Source of the DNA: an uncultured Gemmatimonadaceae bacterium
Lineage (GTDB): Bacteria; Gemmatimonadota; Gemmatimonadetes; Gemmatimonadales; Gemmatimonadaceae
Assembly: GCA_963790305.1 (NCBI GenBank)
Contig: CAWBOC010000009.1
Location: forward strand, 480,001-544,000
Direction of reading: 5' to 3'
Length of the DNA: 64,000 nt
This document shows positions 18,051 to 33,018 of this stretch, piece by piece. Made by a program: the position numbers and the translations under genes. Below the pieces are notes generated by a model that did not search any database, was not told where the DNA came from, and was given only the letters and a program-made list of their open reading frames with translations. How positions within the stretch are numbered: position 1 is the stretch's first letter; every line of letters begins with the position of its first letter.

Positions 18051-18544
18051 TCGTCCTCCGGAAATGGCGGTACGTTGAGCAGCCACAGGCCGGCGATGCG
18101 ATCACGCTCGTCGAGCTCCAGCAGGAGATCCCGCGCGAAGCGAATCGCTCGCGCTGGACGCTTCACGCCCAGCTTGAAATGAATGGTTCGTTCGGCCTGA
18201 TCAGCTTCGGCCACCAGGGACGTGTCGACCTCGACGGCGGCGACGTCGGGCTGCGAATGCCGAGACGGGACAACCACGCTCGCGCTCTGCGCATCCGGGG
18301 GGGAGAGCGTCGCGACCTTGCGCACATCCGGCCACACCGCGACCTCGACGCCGTGGATTCGGCCGGCTTCGACATCCAGCACCACCCACGAGCCGTCGCT
18401 GCCGGTCAGCTCCACCGAGCCACTCATGCCCTTGCCAGTGGCACCGTTGCGCAGCGTCGCCGTGAGGATGTCGGTGTCGGGATCCCACCTGTAATCGACG
18501 TCCGACAGCGCGCCGGTCGGCTCGATCTGCACCGCGATGTTCAC
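18047..18544 (-). CDS. Hypothetical protein with two DUF2283-like repeats
   Basis: YRWDPDTDIL...VVLDVEAGRIHGVEV and ADQAERTIHFKL...LLLELDERDRIAGLWLL. Confidence 0.6.
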   Translation of the reverse strand: MNIAVQIEPTGALSDVDYRWDPDTDILTATLRNGATGKGMSGSVELTGSDGSWVVLDVEAGRIHGVEVAVWPDVRKVATLSPPDAQSASVVVPSRHSQPDVAAVEVDTSLVAEADQAERTIHFKLGVKRPARAIRFARDLLLELDERDRIAGLWLLNVPPFPEDE

Positions 18545-18701
18545 GTGAGCACTCCGTTAGGGGCCTTCAGTATCTCGAGCGCGTGTCCGGATGGCGAGGC
18601 CGAACGCGTGCCGCGCGGAGCCTGGCTTTGCACGTTGCCAGTGAAGCCCCGCCTTTGCGCGCCAAGATACCAGCGTCGACCGGAGTCGCCAGAGCACGGC
18701 A

Positions 18702-19920
18702 TCATCGGTGGGTCTCGCGCCAGAGACTCACGAGACGGCGCGTCCCTTCGACGACAGCGTCGATTGGCGCGGCGTATGACATCCGCACCCATCCGGGGGT
18801 GAAAAAGGCCGACCCGGGGACGATCGCGACTTCGTGGGCTTCGAGCAGCCGCTGCGCGAATCGCGCTCCCTCGTCGCGGGCGGGGTCGTCCGACCCGACA
18901 TGCGCGAACAGGTAGAACGCGCCTTCGGGATCGACGATCTCCATGCCGGGCTCGGCGCGCACCACCTCGACTACCGCATCCCGCCGCCGGCGAAACTCGG
19001 CCACCATCGTTCTCACGGACGCGTCTGCAGCCTCACGATTCGTGAGCGCGGCAAGCGCAGCGTGCTGAGACGGCGCCGCCGCGTTCGATGTCGTGTGCGA
19101 TTGAAACGCGGTCATCGCCGCTGCCAGCTCCCGGGGGGCGATGGCCCACCCGATCCGCCATCCGGTCATCGCGTAGGCCTTCGCGACGCCGTCGATCAGC
19201 ACCAGACGATCGAGCGATGGCGCAACCTCGAGCGCCAATGTCGCTGGCTCCGTGCCGTACGCGATCGCCCGGTAGATCTCGTCGCTGATCACCCACCACC
19301 CGTGCTCATGGGCGCACTCGAGCAGCGCTGCGAGCTCCTCGCGCGAATAGACCGCCCCGGTTGGATTGCACGGTGAGTTCAGCATCACGCCGCGCGTTCG
19401 TGGTGTCGATGCCGCTTCGAGCATCAATGGAGTGACCTTGAGCCCCGCGTTGGCATCGCCGTACACGGGGACCGCCGTCGCGCGCGCCAGCGCAACCATC
19501 TCCGTAATAGCTCGTCCAGCTGGGTGTGGGGATGAGCACCTCATCCCCTTCCCCGAAGAGACAGAAGCAGGCGTTGAACAGGGATTGCTTCGAGCCGGTC
19601 GACACGACGACCTGCCCCGCTCCGACTTCGGCGCCGACCTCGGCGGCGCGGCGTGCGATCGCATCACGAAGGGGCAGAATGCCTTCGGTGGCCGTGTAGC
19701 GCGTCGCCCCAGCGTCGATCGCACTCTGCGCCGCTCGGCGAATGAACTCAGGTGTATCGAAGTCCGGCTCGCCGGCGCCCAGGTCGATGACCGGACGTCC
19801 GGCGGCGCGAAGCGCTTTGGCTCGCGCCGAGACCGCGATCGTCGCGGACTCGCGAAGCTGGGCGACGTTCGCGGAGGGGTCGAAGGCGCGATTGCTGTGA
19901 GGTCGTGCGAGCAACGTCAT
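18702..19920 (-). CDS. PLP-dependent aspartate aminotransferase (class I/II), +1 frameshift near 19502
   Basis: DLGAGEPDFDTP, STGSKQ, NSPCNPTG, ISDEIY, AKAYAMTGWRIG, split over two frames. Confidence 0.9.
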
Positions 19921-19999
19921 GCGGGCGGTGGAGGAAGGTGAGGGGCGAGTATACTTTACATCCCAGGTCGCGGGCACGCCATTGACAACGGAGGCACCG

Positions 20000-21577
20000 G
20001 TGGAGCAGCACGGGCGAATTGCGGAGCATGAGGAGCGCGAGACGGCGAGCGTGGGACGCAGCCAGAACGTCGTGCACATCCTCCCGCACGATATGGCCTC
20101 TGCCGCAGGAGTGCTCACCACGGTGCTCGAGCGGCTCGACCGCGAGACGCCAGAGCTGCAGGTTCTTCTGCTGGCTCCGGATCCAGAAGCGGCCATATCT
20201 CTCGCACGGGCCGTCTCGTCCCTGCCGCAGGCCGCTGGCCTTCGCGTCATCCCCGCCTCGAGCGCACGCCGCGCAACGCGCCTCCTTCGCGCCCGACCGA
20301 CACATGGGGTGATCGGCGCACCGACCGAGCTCCTGGAGCTGGTCAGGACATCGGTGCTCAAGCTCGAGCACGTCCGCGCATTGGTGCTCGCCTGGGTCGA
20401 CGAGATCGTCGATGACGCCGCGTCCCGAGAGGCGCTGGAGGCAGTGCTCGCCGAAGTTCCGAAGGACGCTGCCCGAACGATCATCGCATCGCGCCAGACG
20501 CCGGAGGTGGAGCAGCTCATCGAACGGTATGCGCGTCGCGCGCGGCGCGCGGGCGACGCGAAGACCGACGCCGTGGCGACGCCTATCCGCTACGTCTCGA
20601 GCTCTGCCTGGGGACGGCTCCCCACACTGCAGCGAGTGCTGGACGAGCTCGATCCCGAAGTCGCCGCCGTCTTCACTCGCTCGGAATCGACGGAGCGCGA
20701 GCTGCGCCAGCTTCTGGAGTCACTGGGGCACGTGGGCGATGACGCCGGCGTACGCGTGACGCGTGGGGCTCCGGTGATCGAGGCGGACACGATCATACTT
20801 CTGGACATCCCGACTCGTGAAGAGTTGCGCGCAGTGATGGGCGGAGCGACCCCCGCCGTCGTCGCGATCGTGCAGCCCCGACAGCTCGATACAGTGCGGT
20901 CGCTTGCGGGTGGCGCGCCCGTGACGCCGCTCCGCGCCTCGGGGGCAGCGGGCCGCGCTCGGAAGCGCGTCGCCGCACTCCGCTCGGAGCTGCGTGATGT
21001 TCTCGCGAGCGGAATTCCAACGCACGAGCTTCTGGCGCTCGAGCCGCTTCTCGATGAGTACGACGGCGTCGAGGTGGCGGCGGCCGCCCTGCGTCTGTTG
21101 GAGCGCGCGCGGTCGACTGAGGTCGTCCGCGCGACGGCCCCCGCCCCGGCGGCGGTCACTGCAGCGCCCGCGGGCGGCTGGACGCGCATTTTCGTCGGTG
21201 CGGGCACGCGCGACCGAGTGGGGCCTGGCGACCTCGTCGGCGCCATCACCGGCGAGGCAGGAGTGACGCGTGAGAGCATCGGAAAGATCGAGCTGCGCGA
21301 GAATCATTCGCTGGTGGAGATCGCGACCGCGGATGCCGAGCGGGTGGCTGGTGCCCTGACTGGAACCATGCTTCGTGGACGACGGGTGATCGCACGATTG
21401 GACAAGGGCCGCGAGGCGAGAGGAGAGCGAGGTGATCGCGGAGGGCGACCGGGCGGCTCCCGATCCGAGCGTGGGGAGCGCGGGCCACGCGATCGCGGGG
21501 ATCGCCCTGATCGCGGCCCTCGTCGCGTGCGCGGCGATGTGGAACGGCACCGCCCTCGGACCACCGACGCGGAGTAG
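20000..21577 (+). CDS. Degenerate DEAD-box helicase-like protein with DbpA RNA-binding domain
   Basis: Eroded helicase motifs; intact IFVGAGTRDRVGPGDLVGAITGEAGV...IGKIELRENHSLVEI DbpA domain; R/G/D-rich tail; GGAGG + GTG start. Confidence 0.8.
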   Translation: MEQHGRIAEHEERETASVGRSQNVVHILPHDMASAAGVLTTVLERLDRETPELQVLLLAPDPEAAISLARAVSSLPQAAGLRVIPASSARRATRLLRARPTHGVIGAPTELLELVRTSVLKLEHVRALVLAWVDEIVDDAASREALEAVLAEVPKDAARTIIASRQTPEVEQLIERYARRARRAGDAKTDAVATPIRYVSSSAWGRLPTLQRVLDELDPEVAAVFTRSESTERELRQLLESLGHVGDDAGVRVTRGAPVIEADTIILLDIPTREELRAVMGGATPAVVAIVQPRQLDTVRSLAGGAPVTPLRASGAAGRARKRVAALRSELRDVLASGIPTHELLALEPLLDEYDGVEVAAAALRLLERARSTEVVRATAPAPAAVTAAPAGGWTRIFVGAGTRDRVGPGDLVGAITGEAGVTRESIGKIELRENHSLVEIATADAERVAGALTGTMLRGRRVIARLDKGREARGERGDRGGRPGGSRSERGERGPRDRGDRPDRGPRRVRGDVERHRPRTTDAE

Positions 21578-21586
21578 CACGATCGA

Positions 21587-22192
21587 ATGCTCTACGGCGC
21601 CCGTGGCGGGTGGATCGAGGTCATCGCGGGAGTGATGTTCAGCGGGAAGAGCGAGGAGCTCATCCGCCGCGTTCGTCGCGCGATGATCGCACGGAAAAAG
21701 GTCCAGGTTTTCAAGTCGCATCTGGACGAGCGCTACCAGGGACTCTACGCCGTGTCCAGCCACGACGGTCGTACGGTCGAGGCGATTCCCATCGACTCAT
21801 CGATCCAGATCGCGCAGCAGCTCAACACGCTCGCCGACGTCATCGCGATTGATGAGGCGCAGTTTCTCGACGCGGGGATCGTTCCGCTCGTCCGCTCCTT
21901 TGCCACGCGCGGGTTGCGCGTGATCATTGCCGGCACGGACACCGATTTCCGTGGCGAGCCATTCGGCGCGATGCCGCAGCTCATGGCCGACGCGGAGCTC
22001 GTCGACAAGCTCCACGCGATCTGCGTGGTCTGTGGAGGGCCGGCGTGTCGCAACCAGCGTATCATCGACGGGCGCCCAGCCGGCTACGACTCGCCGACGA
22101 TCATGGTGGGAGGGCGCGAGTCGTACGAGGCGCGTTGTCGCCACTGCCATCAGGTTCCACGAGTCGACGAAGACCAGGTGGCCCTTCTGTGA
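21587..22192 (+). CDS. tdk: Thymidine kinase
   Basis: [33 protein letters not shown] and YEARCRHCH zinc site. Confidence 0.96.
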   Translation: MLYGARGGWIEVIAGVMFSGKSEELIRRVRRAMIARKKVQVFKSHLDERYQGLYAVSSHDGRTVEAIPIDSSIQIAQQLNTLADVIAIDEAQFLDAGIVPLVRSFATRGLRVIIAGTDTDFRGEPFGAMPQLMADAELVDKLHAICVVCGGPACRNQRIIDGRPAGYDSPTIMVGGRESYEARCRHCHQVPRVDEDQVALL

Positions 22193-22265
22193 CACCTACC
22201 GTTGACGGCTGCGTCCGGTTGCTCCTACCTTGCGCTCTCGTTCCCTGAACGCCCTGGAGACGCGA

Positions 22266-22880
22266 ATGCTTCTGGTCGGGCTCACCGGCAATATCGCCAG
22301 CGGAAAATCGACCGTCGCGAAGCTGTTTGGCCAGTGGGGCGCAACGCTGATCGACGCGGACGTGCTCGCGCGTCAGGCGGTGGACGTCGGCATGCCCGCG
22401 TATCACGCGATCGTGGAGCGGTGGGGGGAGGGCGTGACCGCGCCTGACGGCCTCCTCGACCGTCGCGAGCTCCGCCAGCGGGTGTTCTCGGACAGCGAGC
22501 AGCTCGAGGCACTCAACGCCATCGTGCATCCGGAGGTGCAGCGTCTTCGGGATCAGCTCGTCGATGACGCCCGCCGCCGAGGCGACCGCGTCGTCGTCTG
22601 CGACATCCCGCTGCTCTTCGAGCGGCGTCTCGCCGAGCAGTTCGACCGGATCGTGCTGGTGGATGCGCCGCGTCCGGTGCGCATGGACCGCCTCGTCCGC
22701 GACCGCGGACTCGAGACGACCGAGGCAATGAAGATGATCGCCTCGCAGATGCCCGCCGAATTGAAGCGTGCGCGCGCGGACTATCTCATCGACAACACCG
22801 GGACGCAGCAGGAGCTCGAATTTCGAGCGCGCGAGGTCTGGGAAGCGTTGCAGCGAGATGCGGTGCCAGCGGCGTCATAG
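22266..22880 (+). CDS. coaE: Dephospho-CoA kinase
   Basis: VGLTGNIASGKSTV, IDADVLAR, LNAIVHP, DIPLLFE. Confidence 0.96.
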   Translation: MLLVGLTGNIASGKSTVAKLFGQWGATLIDADVLARQAVDVGMPAYHAIVERWGEGVTAPDGLLDRRELRQRVFSDSEQLEALNAIVHPEVQRLRDQLVDDARRRGDRVVVCDIPLLFERRLAEQFDRIVLVDAPRPVRMDRLVRDRGLETTEAMKMIASQMPAELKRARADYLIDNTGTQQELEFRAREVWEALQRDAVPAAS

Positions 22881-22920
22881 ACTGAGGTGCTCGAGCACCT
22901 TGAGCACATTGAGCACGTCT
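22881..22920. repeat. Short 9-mer tandem repeat
   Basis: gaggtgctc gagcacctt gagcacatt gagcacgtc. Confidence 0.55.
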
Positions 22921-22991
22921 CGTTCATTGCTTGACTCCACGACACGCTCTCTCTAGCTTGGCGCCGTTTCCCTTCCCCCCGGAGCGCGCGC

Positions 22992-23381
22992 GTGGCCGAC
23001 CTGCCGAAGGATCTCCTCTACACCGAGGAGCACGAGTACGTAAAGGCCACCGACGACCCGAGCGTCGTGCAAATTGGAATCACCGACTACGCGCAAGGTG
23101 AGCTCGGCGACGTCGTGTACGTCGAGCTGCCAACGGTCGGCACCTCGTTCGGCCGCATGGATGTGTTCGGTACGATCGAAGCGGTGAAGGCGGTGTCGGA
23201 GCTCTTTTCTCCGCTGAGCGGCGAGGTCGTCGCCGTCAACACACGCCTCGACAAGGAACCGGCGCTCGTCAACACCGACCCGTATGGCGACGGGTGGATG
23301 ATCCGCGTCCGCCTGAAAAACGAAGGGGAGCGGAAACAGCTCATGAACGCCGAGGCGTACGCGAAGCTGATCGGGCAGTAA
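22992..23381 (+). CDS. gcvH: Glycine cleavage system H protein
   Basis: IGITDYAQGELGDVVYVELP, lipoyl-Lys in EAVKAVS, NTDPYGDGW. Confidence 0.97.
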   Translation: MADLPKDLLYTEEHEYVKATDDPSVVQIGITDYAQGELGDVVYVELPTVGTSFGRMDVFGTIEAVKAVSELFSPLSGEVVAVNTRLDKEPALVNTDPYGDGWMIRVRLKNEGERKQLMNAEAYAKLIGQ

Positions 23382-23382
23382 G

Positions 23383-23441
23383 AAACCCCGGAAACGCGGA
23401 ATGCGGACTCATGTTTGCGCATTCCGCGTTCCGCATTCTCG
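23383..23441. repeat. Inverted 7-mer array (GCGGAAY / RTTCCGC)
   Basis: gaaacgcggaatgcggact ... gcattccgcgttccgcattct between convergent gcvH and gcvP. Confidence 0.75.
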
Positions 23442-23445
23442 TCAC

Positions 23446-26358
<2,913 letters not shown>

Positions 26359-26381
26359 GAATTTACCTTGCCATCACTTCA

Positions 26382-27209
26382 ATGGAATCCACGACCGGCT
26401 TCCTCGACTCGACCCGGGGCGATCGCGCGACTCCGAGGGGAGCGGCGCAGTTGCTGGTGTCCGCTCCGGCGGACGGGGCGACGAACATGGCCCTGGACGA
26501 GGTGCTCCTTCGTCGCGCGGCACGAACGGGAGAGCCCGTGTTTCGCGTGTATGGCTGGGTAGCGCCCACCGTCTCGCTCGGACGCAACCAGCCCGCCCGG
26601 GGCTGCTACGATCTCGAGCTGGCGAAGACCCGGGGAATCACGTTCGTTCGGCGCCTCACGGGAGGCCGTGCAATTCTCCACCACCGGGAGATCACGTACG
26701 CTGTCGCCGCACCGATCTCCGCGTATGGATCACTCTCCGAATCGTATCGCACGATCAATCGTCTGCTCCTGGAAGCACTCCGTACGCTGGGGGTCGAGGC
26801 ACGAGAGGCCCAATCGTCGAGCCGAGCCCCCGCTCCTAGCATGGCGCCGTGCTTCGACGAGCCGGTGGCGGGGGAGCTGGTGGCGGAAGGAAGGAAGCTC
26901 GTCGGCAGCGCGCAGGTCCGGGACGGCGGTGCCTTCTTGCAACACGGGTCGATTCTCCTGGACGACGATCAGCATCTGCTCACCGAGCTGGCCGTCCGCC
27001 AGGAGTTGGCCTCGCCACCGGCGACGCTGCGCGGTCTTGTCGGTCGGTCGGTGACGGTGGAGGAATTTGCCAGCGCGTTGGGGACTGCGGTTGCTGCGCA
27101 CGATGGGGTGCGCCTGAGTATGCTGGAGCTGGACGAGCAGTTGCTCGCCGATGTTCGTTCGCTTGTTCGCATTCGATACGGTCTTGCCGACTGGACGTGG
27201 CGCCGCTGA
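26382..27209 (+). CDS. Lipoate-protein ligase / LipM-like octanoyltransferase family
   Basis: NMALDE, TVSLGRNQ, VRRLTGGRAILH, CF..P, RKLVGSAQ, LQHGSI; start uncertain. Confidence 0.88.
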   Translation: MESTTGFLDSTRGDRATPRGAAQLLVSAPADGATNMALDEVLLRRAARTGEPVFRVYGWVAPTVSLGRNQPARGCYDLELAKTRGITFVRRLTGGRAILHHREITYAVAAPISAYGSLSESYRTINRLLLEALRTLGVEAREAQSSSRAPAPSMAPCFDEPVAGELVAEGRKLVGSAQVRDGGAFLQHGSILLDDDQHLLTELAVRQELASPPATLRGLVGRSVTVEEFASALGTAVAAHDGVRLSMLELDEQLLADVRSLVRIRYGLADWTWRR

Positions 27210-27293
27210 TTTCTTGCTGTCCTGCCCTTCCTCGCCTTGACGCACCATCGCGGCGATACCCATTCTTGCCGCGCTTCCACCACCCCGACGACC

Positions 27294-28958
27294 ATGCTTG
27301 CTCGCGTCCTTCCTGTCCTCGCCGTCCTTGGCCTCGTGGCGTGCGGCCGCGGTGACCGTAGCAGTGCCGACGCTGGAGGCACTCTGATCATCACGGTCGG
27401 CGCCGAGCCGGACGCGATCCTTCCGATCACCACCACTACTCTGGCCGGAAACCAGGTCGCCGACATCATCTTCGAGCGGCTCGCCGAGCCGGGCCAGGAT
27501 CTGAACACGCGCGGAGACGCAGGGTTTGAACCGGAGCTCGCCGAAAGCTGGACATGGGCCCCCGACTCAATGTCGATCGCATTCAAGATGCATCCGAGTG
27601 CGAGGTGGCACGACGGAAGGCCGGTGACGGCGCGCGACGTCAGGTTCAGCTTCGATATCCACAAGGATCCGGAGGTCGGCTCCTCCGTAGCTCCGCTACT
27701 CACCCGCATCGACTCCGTCTCGGTGAGCGATTCGATGACGGCCGTCGTCTGGTACAAGCAGCGATATCCCGAACAGTTCCTCGATGCGGCGTACCAGATT
27801 CGCATCCACCCCGAGCACTGGCTCGGTCAGGTGAAGCGAGCGGAGTATACGACCTCTCCGGTCGTCCGATCCCCGATTGGCAGCGGCCGGTTCAAGTTCG
27901 CGCGGTGGGAGCCAGGGACGCTGCTCGAGGTCGTCGCCAACACCGAGCACTACCGCGGACGACCCAAGCTCGACCGCGTGCTGTGGACGATCGCGCCGGA
28001 TTTTCCCACGTCCGCGGCGCGCTTCTTCAGTGGCGAGGCGGATTACCTCGAGTATCTGCGACCGGAGAACATGGAGGAGCTCAAGAAGCATCAGGAGCTC
28101 ACCATGACATCATACGGGTCGCTCGACTACGGATTTGTCTGGTTCAACCTTCGCGATCCCCGCAACAACGCGCGCCCGCATCCGATCTTCGGCGATGTTG
28201 GTGTGCGTCGCGCGCTGTCCATGGCGGTCGATCGAGAGAAGGCCGTGCGAAACGTCCTGGGCGACCTCGGCATGGTGGCCCTTGGCCCGTTGCCGCGCGC
28301 ACACCTCTACGGGGACACGACGCTGAAAACCCCCGGCTTTGATCCAGAGGGAGCGAAGCGACTCCTCGATTCGCTCGGGTGGCGCGATGCGAACGGCGAT
28401 GGCATTCGGGAGAAGGGTGGCCGCCAGCTGCGGTTTTCACTCGCCGCCCCGACGTCGAGCCAAAACCGGATGCGCTTCAGCGTCGTGCTGCAAGCCATGC
28501 TTCGAGACGTGGGCGCTCGTGTCGAGCTCGACCATATGGAGGCGAGAGCGTTCGGGGAACTGCTCGCGCGCAAGCGGTTCGATGCCGCGATGCAGGCCTG
28601 GCACACCGACCCAACGCCGTCGAGCATCATCCAGACGTGGGGGAGAGCGGCCGTGAAGGATGGGGTGAATTTCGGTTCGTACGAGAACGCCCTCTTCGAC
28701 GCGTATGTCGACAGCGCAGCGACGTCCATGGATCCACAGCGCGCGCAGGCGTACTACCGTCGCGCGTATGAGACGATGATCGCCGATGCCCCGGCAGTCT
28801 GGCTGTACGAGCCGATCAACGCTGCCGGGCACCACAGTCGAATCAAAGTCGCGCCAATGCGTGCCGACGCCTGGTGGACGCGCATCCACGATTGGTACAT
28901 CCCGCGGAACGAGCGCATTCCGCGCGATAACATCGGGCTGCGCCCCGCGACGCCGTAG
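27294..28958 (+). CDS. Peptide ABC transporter substrate-binding lipoprotein (family 5)
   Basis: Lipobox LVAC; PELAESW, WHDGRPVTARDV, PIGSGRF, VRRALSMAVDR. Confidence 0.93.
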   Translation: MLARVLPVLAVLGLVACGRGDRSSADAGGTLIITVGAEPDAILPITTTTLAGNQVADIIFERLAEPGQDLNTRGDAGFEPELAESWTWAPDSMSIAFKMHPSARWHDGRPVTARDVRFSFDIHKDPEVGSSVAPLLTRIDSVSVSDSMTAVVWYKQRYPEQFLDAAYQIRIHPEHWLGQVKRAEYTTSPVVRSPIGSGRFKFARWEPGTLLEVVANTEHYRGRPKLDRVLWTIAPDFPTSAARFFSGEADYLEYLRPENMEELKKHQELTMTSYGSLDYGFVWFNLRDPRNNARPHPIFGDVGVRRALSMAVDREKAVRNVLGDLGMVALGPLPRAHLYGDTTLKTPGFDPEGAKRLLDSLGWRDANGDGIREKGGRQLRFSLAAPTSSQNRMRFSVVLQAMLRDVGARVELDHMEARAFGELLARKRFDAAMQAWHTDPTPSSIIQTWGRAAVKDGVNFGSYENALFDAYVDSAATSMDPQRAQAYYRRAYETMIADAPAVWLYEPINAAGHHSRIKVAPMRADAWWTRIHDWYIPRNERIPRDNIGLRPATP

Positions 28959-28961
28959 ACC

Positions 28962-29948
28962 ATGCGGGGCCTGGTCGCCCGGCGGCTACTCCAGGCTGTC
29001 GTCATCGTCGCGATCGCGGCGACGACGACCTTTCTCCTGGTGCAGCTGGCACCGGGCGACCCGTTTACCAATTTGGCGGAAAACCCTCGTGTGCCGCCCG
29101 AGGTGCGTGATCGCCTCCGAGCGCGTTGGGGGCTCGATCGTCCAATGCACGAGCAGTACGCGCTCTATCTGCGGAACCTGGCGAGCGGCGATCTGGGGTG
29201 GTCCTTCTCCCAGAGCCGTCCGGTCGCTGACGCCATTTTCAATGCGCTGCCGAACACTCTCCTGCTCATGAGCGTGGCGCTCATCGGCGCCTTCGCCTTC
29301 GGGGTCACGGCCGGCGTGATCCGCGCTGGGCGCCGCGGATCGTTGGCGGATCGTGCGCTCGGTGCGGGAACGCTCGTGTTCTATTCGATGCCCGATTTCT
29401 GGCTCGCGATCATGGCGATGCTGGTGTTCGCGTATTGGATCCCCGTCTTCCCGACATCAGGCATGACGACGGCCGTCACGTACGACTACCTGTCGCCCGC
29501 CGGGAAGCTGATTGACCGGCTGTGGCATCTGGTCCTCCCGGCGACCACGCTCGTGCTCCTCCTGGCGGCGATCATCGCGCGCTACCAGCGGGCTGCCTTT
29601 CTCGACGTCGCGACGCAGGACTTCGTGCGGACCGCGCGCGCCAAGGGATTGCCCGAGCGAGCGGTGCTGTGGCGGCACGTGCTGCGGAATGCCCTGCTTC
29701 CGGTGATCACGCTGCTCGGGCTCGCGTTGCCCATGCTGGTGGGCGGTGCCGTCTTCATCGAGCGGGTCTTCGCGTGGCCCGGCATGGGCCGCCTGGTGGT
29801 CGACGCCATCGCGGCACGAGATCACGCGCTGGTGATGGCAATCGTCGTGATGGGAAGCGTTCTCGTGACGTTAGGCAGCCTGCTCGCCGACCTCCTGTAC
29901 GCGGTCGCCGACCCGCGTCTGAGACTGCACGCCCCGACGACCGCATGA
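28962..29948 (+). CDS. Peptide ABC transporter permease (OppB/DppB type)
   Basis: LAPGDP, GDLGWS, DFVRTARAKGL, FAWPGMG. Confidence 0.94.
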   Translation: MRGLVARRLLQAVVIVAIAATTTFLLVQLAPGDPFTNLAENPRVPPEVRDRLRARWGLDRPMHEQYALYLRNLASGDLGWSFSQSRPVADAIFNALPNTLLLMSVALIGAFAFGVTAGVIRAGRRGSLADRALGAGTLVFYSMPDFWLAIMAMLVFAYWIPVFPTSGMTTAVTYDYLSPAGKLIDRLWHLVLPATTLVLLLAAIIARYQRAAFLDVATQDFVRTARAKGLPERAVLWRHVLRNALLPVITLLGLALPMLVGGAVFIERVFAWPGMGRLVVDAIAARDHALVMAIVVMGSVLVTLGSLLADLLYAVADPRLRLHAPTTA

Positions 29949-30885
29949 CCGTCGTCAAATGGCTGCTGGCGATCGCGCTCGCGGCCGCGGTCGCGGCGGC
30001 CATTGGACGGTTGTGGGCGCGCATGGGAGCGAGCGGCGGGCCATGGGGCACCGCGCTCAGCAGGCTGAGGCGCGACGCGGCCGGCATGCTGGCCTTGCGC
30101 TTTCTCGTCTTCGTGGCGGCGGTGGCGCTCTTCGCGCGCTGGCTCGCCCCCTTCGATCCGAATCATCAGATCGACATCATTGCGCTCGCCTCGCGCCCGC
30201 CGAGCCTCGCGCATCCGTTCGGCACCGACATCTACAGCCGTGACGTGCTGAGCCGTCTCGTGCATGGCGCACGGATCTCGCTCTCGATCGCGTTCCTGGC
30301 GGTCGTGCTGTCGATCACGGTCGGAACCGCCTACGGCGCCATCTCGGGCTATGTCGGCGGACGCACGGACTCGGTGATGATGCGGGTCATCGACGCCATG
30401 CTGTCCATCCCGAGGGTTCTCGTCCTCCTCGCCATCTTCGCGCTGTGGGGGCGTGTTTCCCTCGCCGCGCTCGTGCTCATCCTTGGGCTCACGGGCTGGT
30501 TCGCGACCAGTCGCCTCGTCCGCGCGCAGGTACTCCAGCTCAAGACCGAGGAGATGGTCGTCGCCGCCCGAGCGCTCGGTGCCCGCCACCGGCGCATCCT
30601 GTGGCGCCACATTCTTCCCGGCGTCACCTCGACCGTCGTCGTCGCCGCAACACTCGGCATCGGCAACGTCATCATCCTCGAGGCCGGCCTGTCGTTCCTC
30701 GGCGTTGGCGTTCAGCCGCCCACCGCGAGCTGGGGCAACATCATCTCCGACGGGTCGAGCAACGTCGCCGGCATGTGGTGGATCTCGCTCTTTCCTGGCC
30801 TGGCAATCGTGCTGACGGTCATGGCGTTCAACATCATCGGTGACGCCTTGCGGGACGCGCTCGACCCGAGGGAGATTCAGCCCGC

Positions 30886-30889
<4 letters not shown>
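29945..30889 (+). CDS. Peptide ABC transporter permease (OppC/DppC type)
   Basis: [48 protein letters not shown] overlap. Confidence 0.94.
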
Positions 30890-31925
<1,036 letters not shown>

Positions 31926-31929
<4 letters not shown>

Positions 31930-32990
31930 GCGGCTCGCTCCTCTCGGTCCGCGATCTGGTCAAGCACTTCCCGATCACGCGCGGCGTGTTCGGACGTACT
32001 GTGGGCGCCGTACGGGCGGTGGACGGGATCTCCTTCGACGTGAAGCAGGGCGAAACGCTGGGCCTCGTCGGCGAATCGGGCTGCGGCAAGACGACCGCGG
32101 GGCGCGCCATTCTCCGCCTCATCGAGCCGACATCGGGCCAGGTGAGGTTCGACGATGTCGATGTGCTCGCCCTCGACCCGGAGCGCCTGCGCGCGCTGCG
32201 GCGCCGCATGCAGATCGTTTTCCAGGATCCCTTCTCATCGCTCAACCCGCGGATGACGGTGGGCGCGATCGTCCGCGAAGGGCTCATCATCCACCGGATC
32301 GCGGAGGGCGCGGCGGCGCAGGCGCGCGTGAAGCAGCTCCTCGAGGAAGTGGGGCTTCGTGCGGAATACGCGACTCGATACCCGCACGAGTTCTCTGGCG
32401 GCCAGCGGCAGCGGATCGGTATCGCACGGGCGCTCGCCGTCGAGCCGCGGTTCATTGTCTGTGACGAGCCGGTGTCGGCGCTCGACGTCTCGGTGCAGGC
32501 GCAAGTGATCAACCTGCTCCAGGATCTGCAGCGCGATCGCGGTCTCACCTACCTGTTCATCGCACACGACCTGTCGGTCGTGGAGCATGTGGCGACGCGC
32601 GTGGCCGTGATGTACCTCGGCCACATCGTCGAGCTCGCTGCGGCCGAGGACCTCTACGCCGAGCCGCTCATGCCCTATACGCAGGCACTCTTGTCGGCGG
32701 TTCCCATCCCCGACCCGCGCAAGCGGAAGCAGCGCATCGTACTCACGGGCGACGTTCCTTCGCCGGCGAATCCCCCCCCGGGATGTCCATTTCATCCGCG
32801 ATGTCATCATCCGGCACGAGACACCGCGTGCACGCGAATCATTCCGCCGCTCGAGGCGAAGGCGGAGGGCCACCTCGTCGCTTGCATCAAGCAGCTTCCA
32901 ACCCGCATCAGCTGGGAAGAACAGCAGGCCGCAGGCGCGACAAACCGGCCCGAGCGCTACGTTCCGCTCGCGCTGGCCCCGCGCAGCTGA
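31926..32990 (+). CDS. Peptide ABC transporter ATPase (OppF type)
   Basis: [36 protein letters not shown] overlap. Confidence 0.95.
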
Positions 32991-33018
32991 CCCTCACCCG
33001 AACCGCCGAGGACTTCTC

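Noticed and set aside
21400..21577. Repetitive GC-rich tract
   Set aside because: Simply encodes the low-complexity R/G/D/E tail of the helicase-like protein
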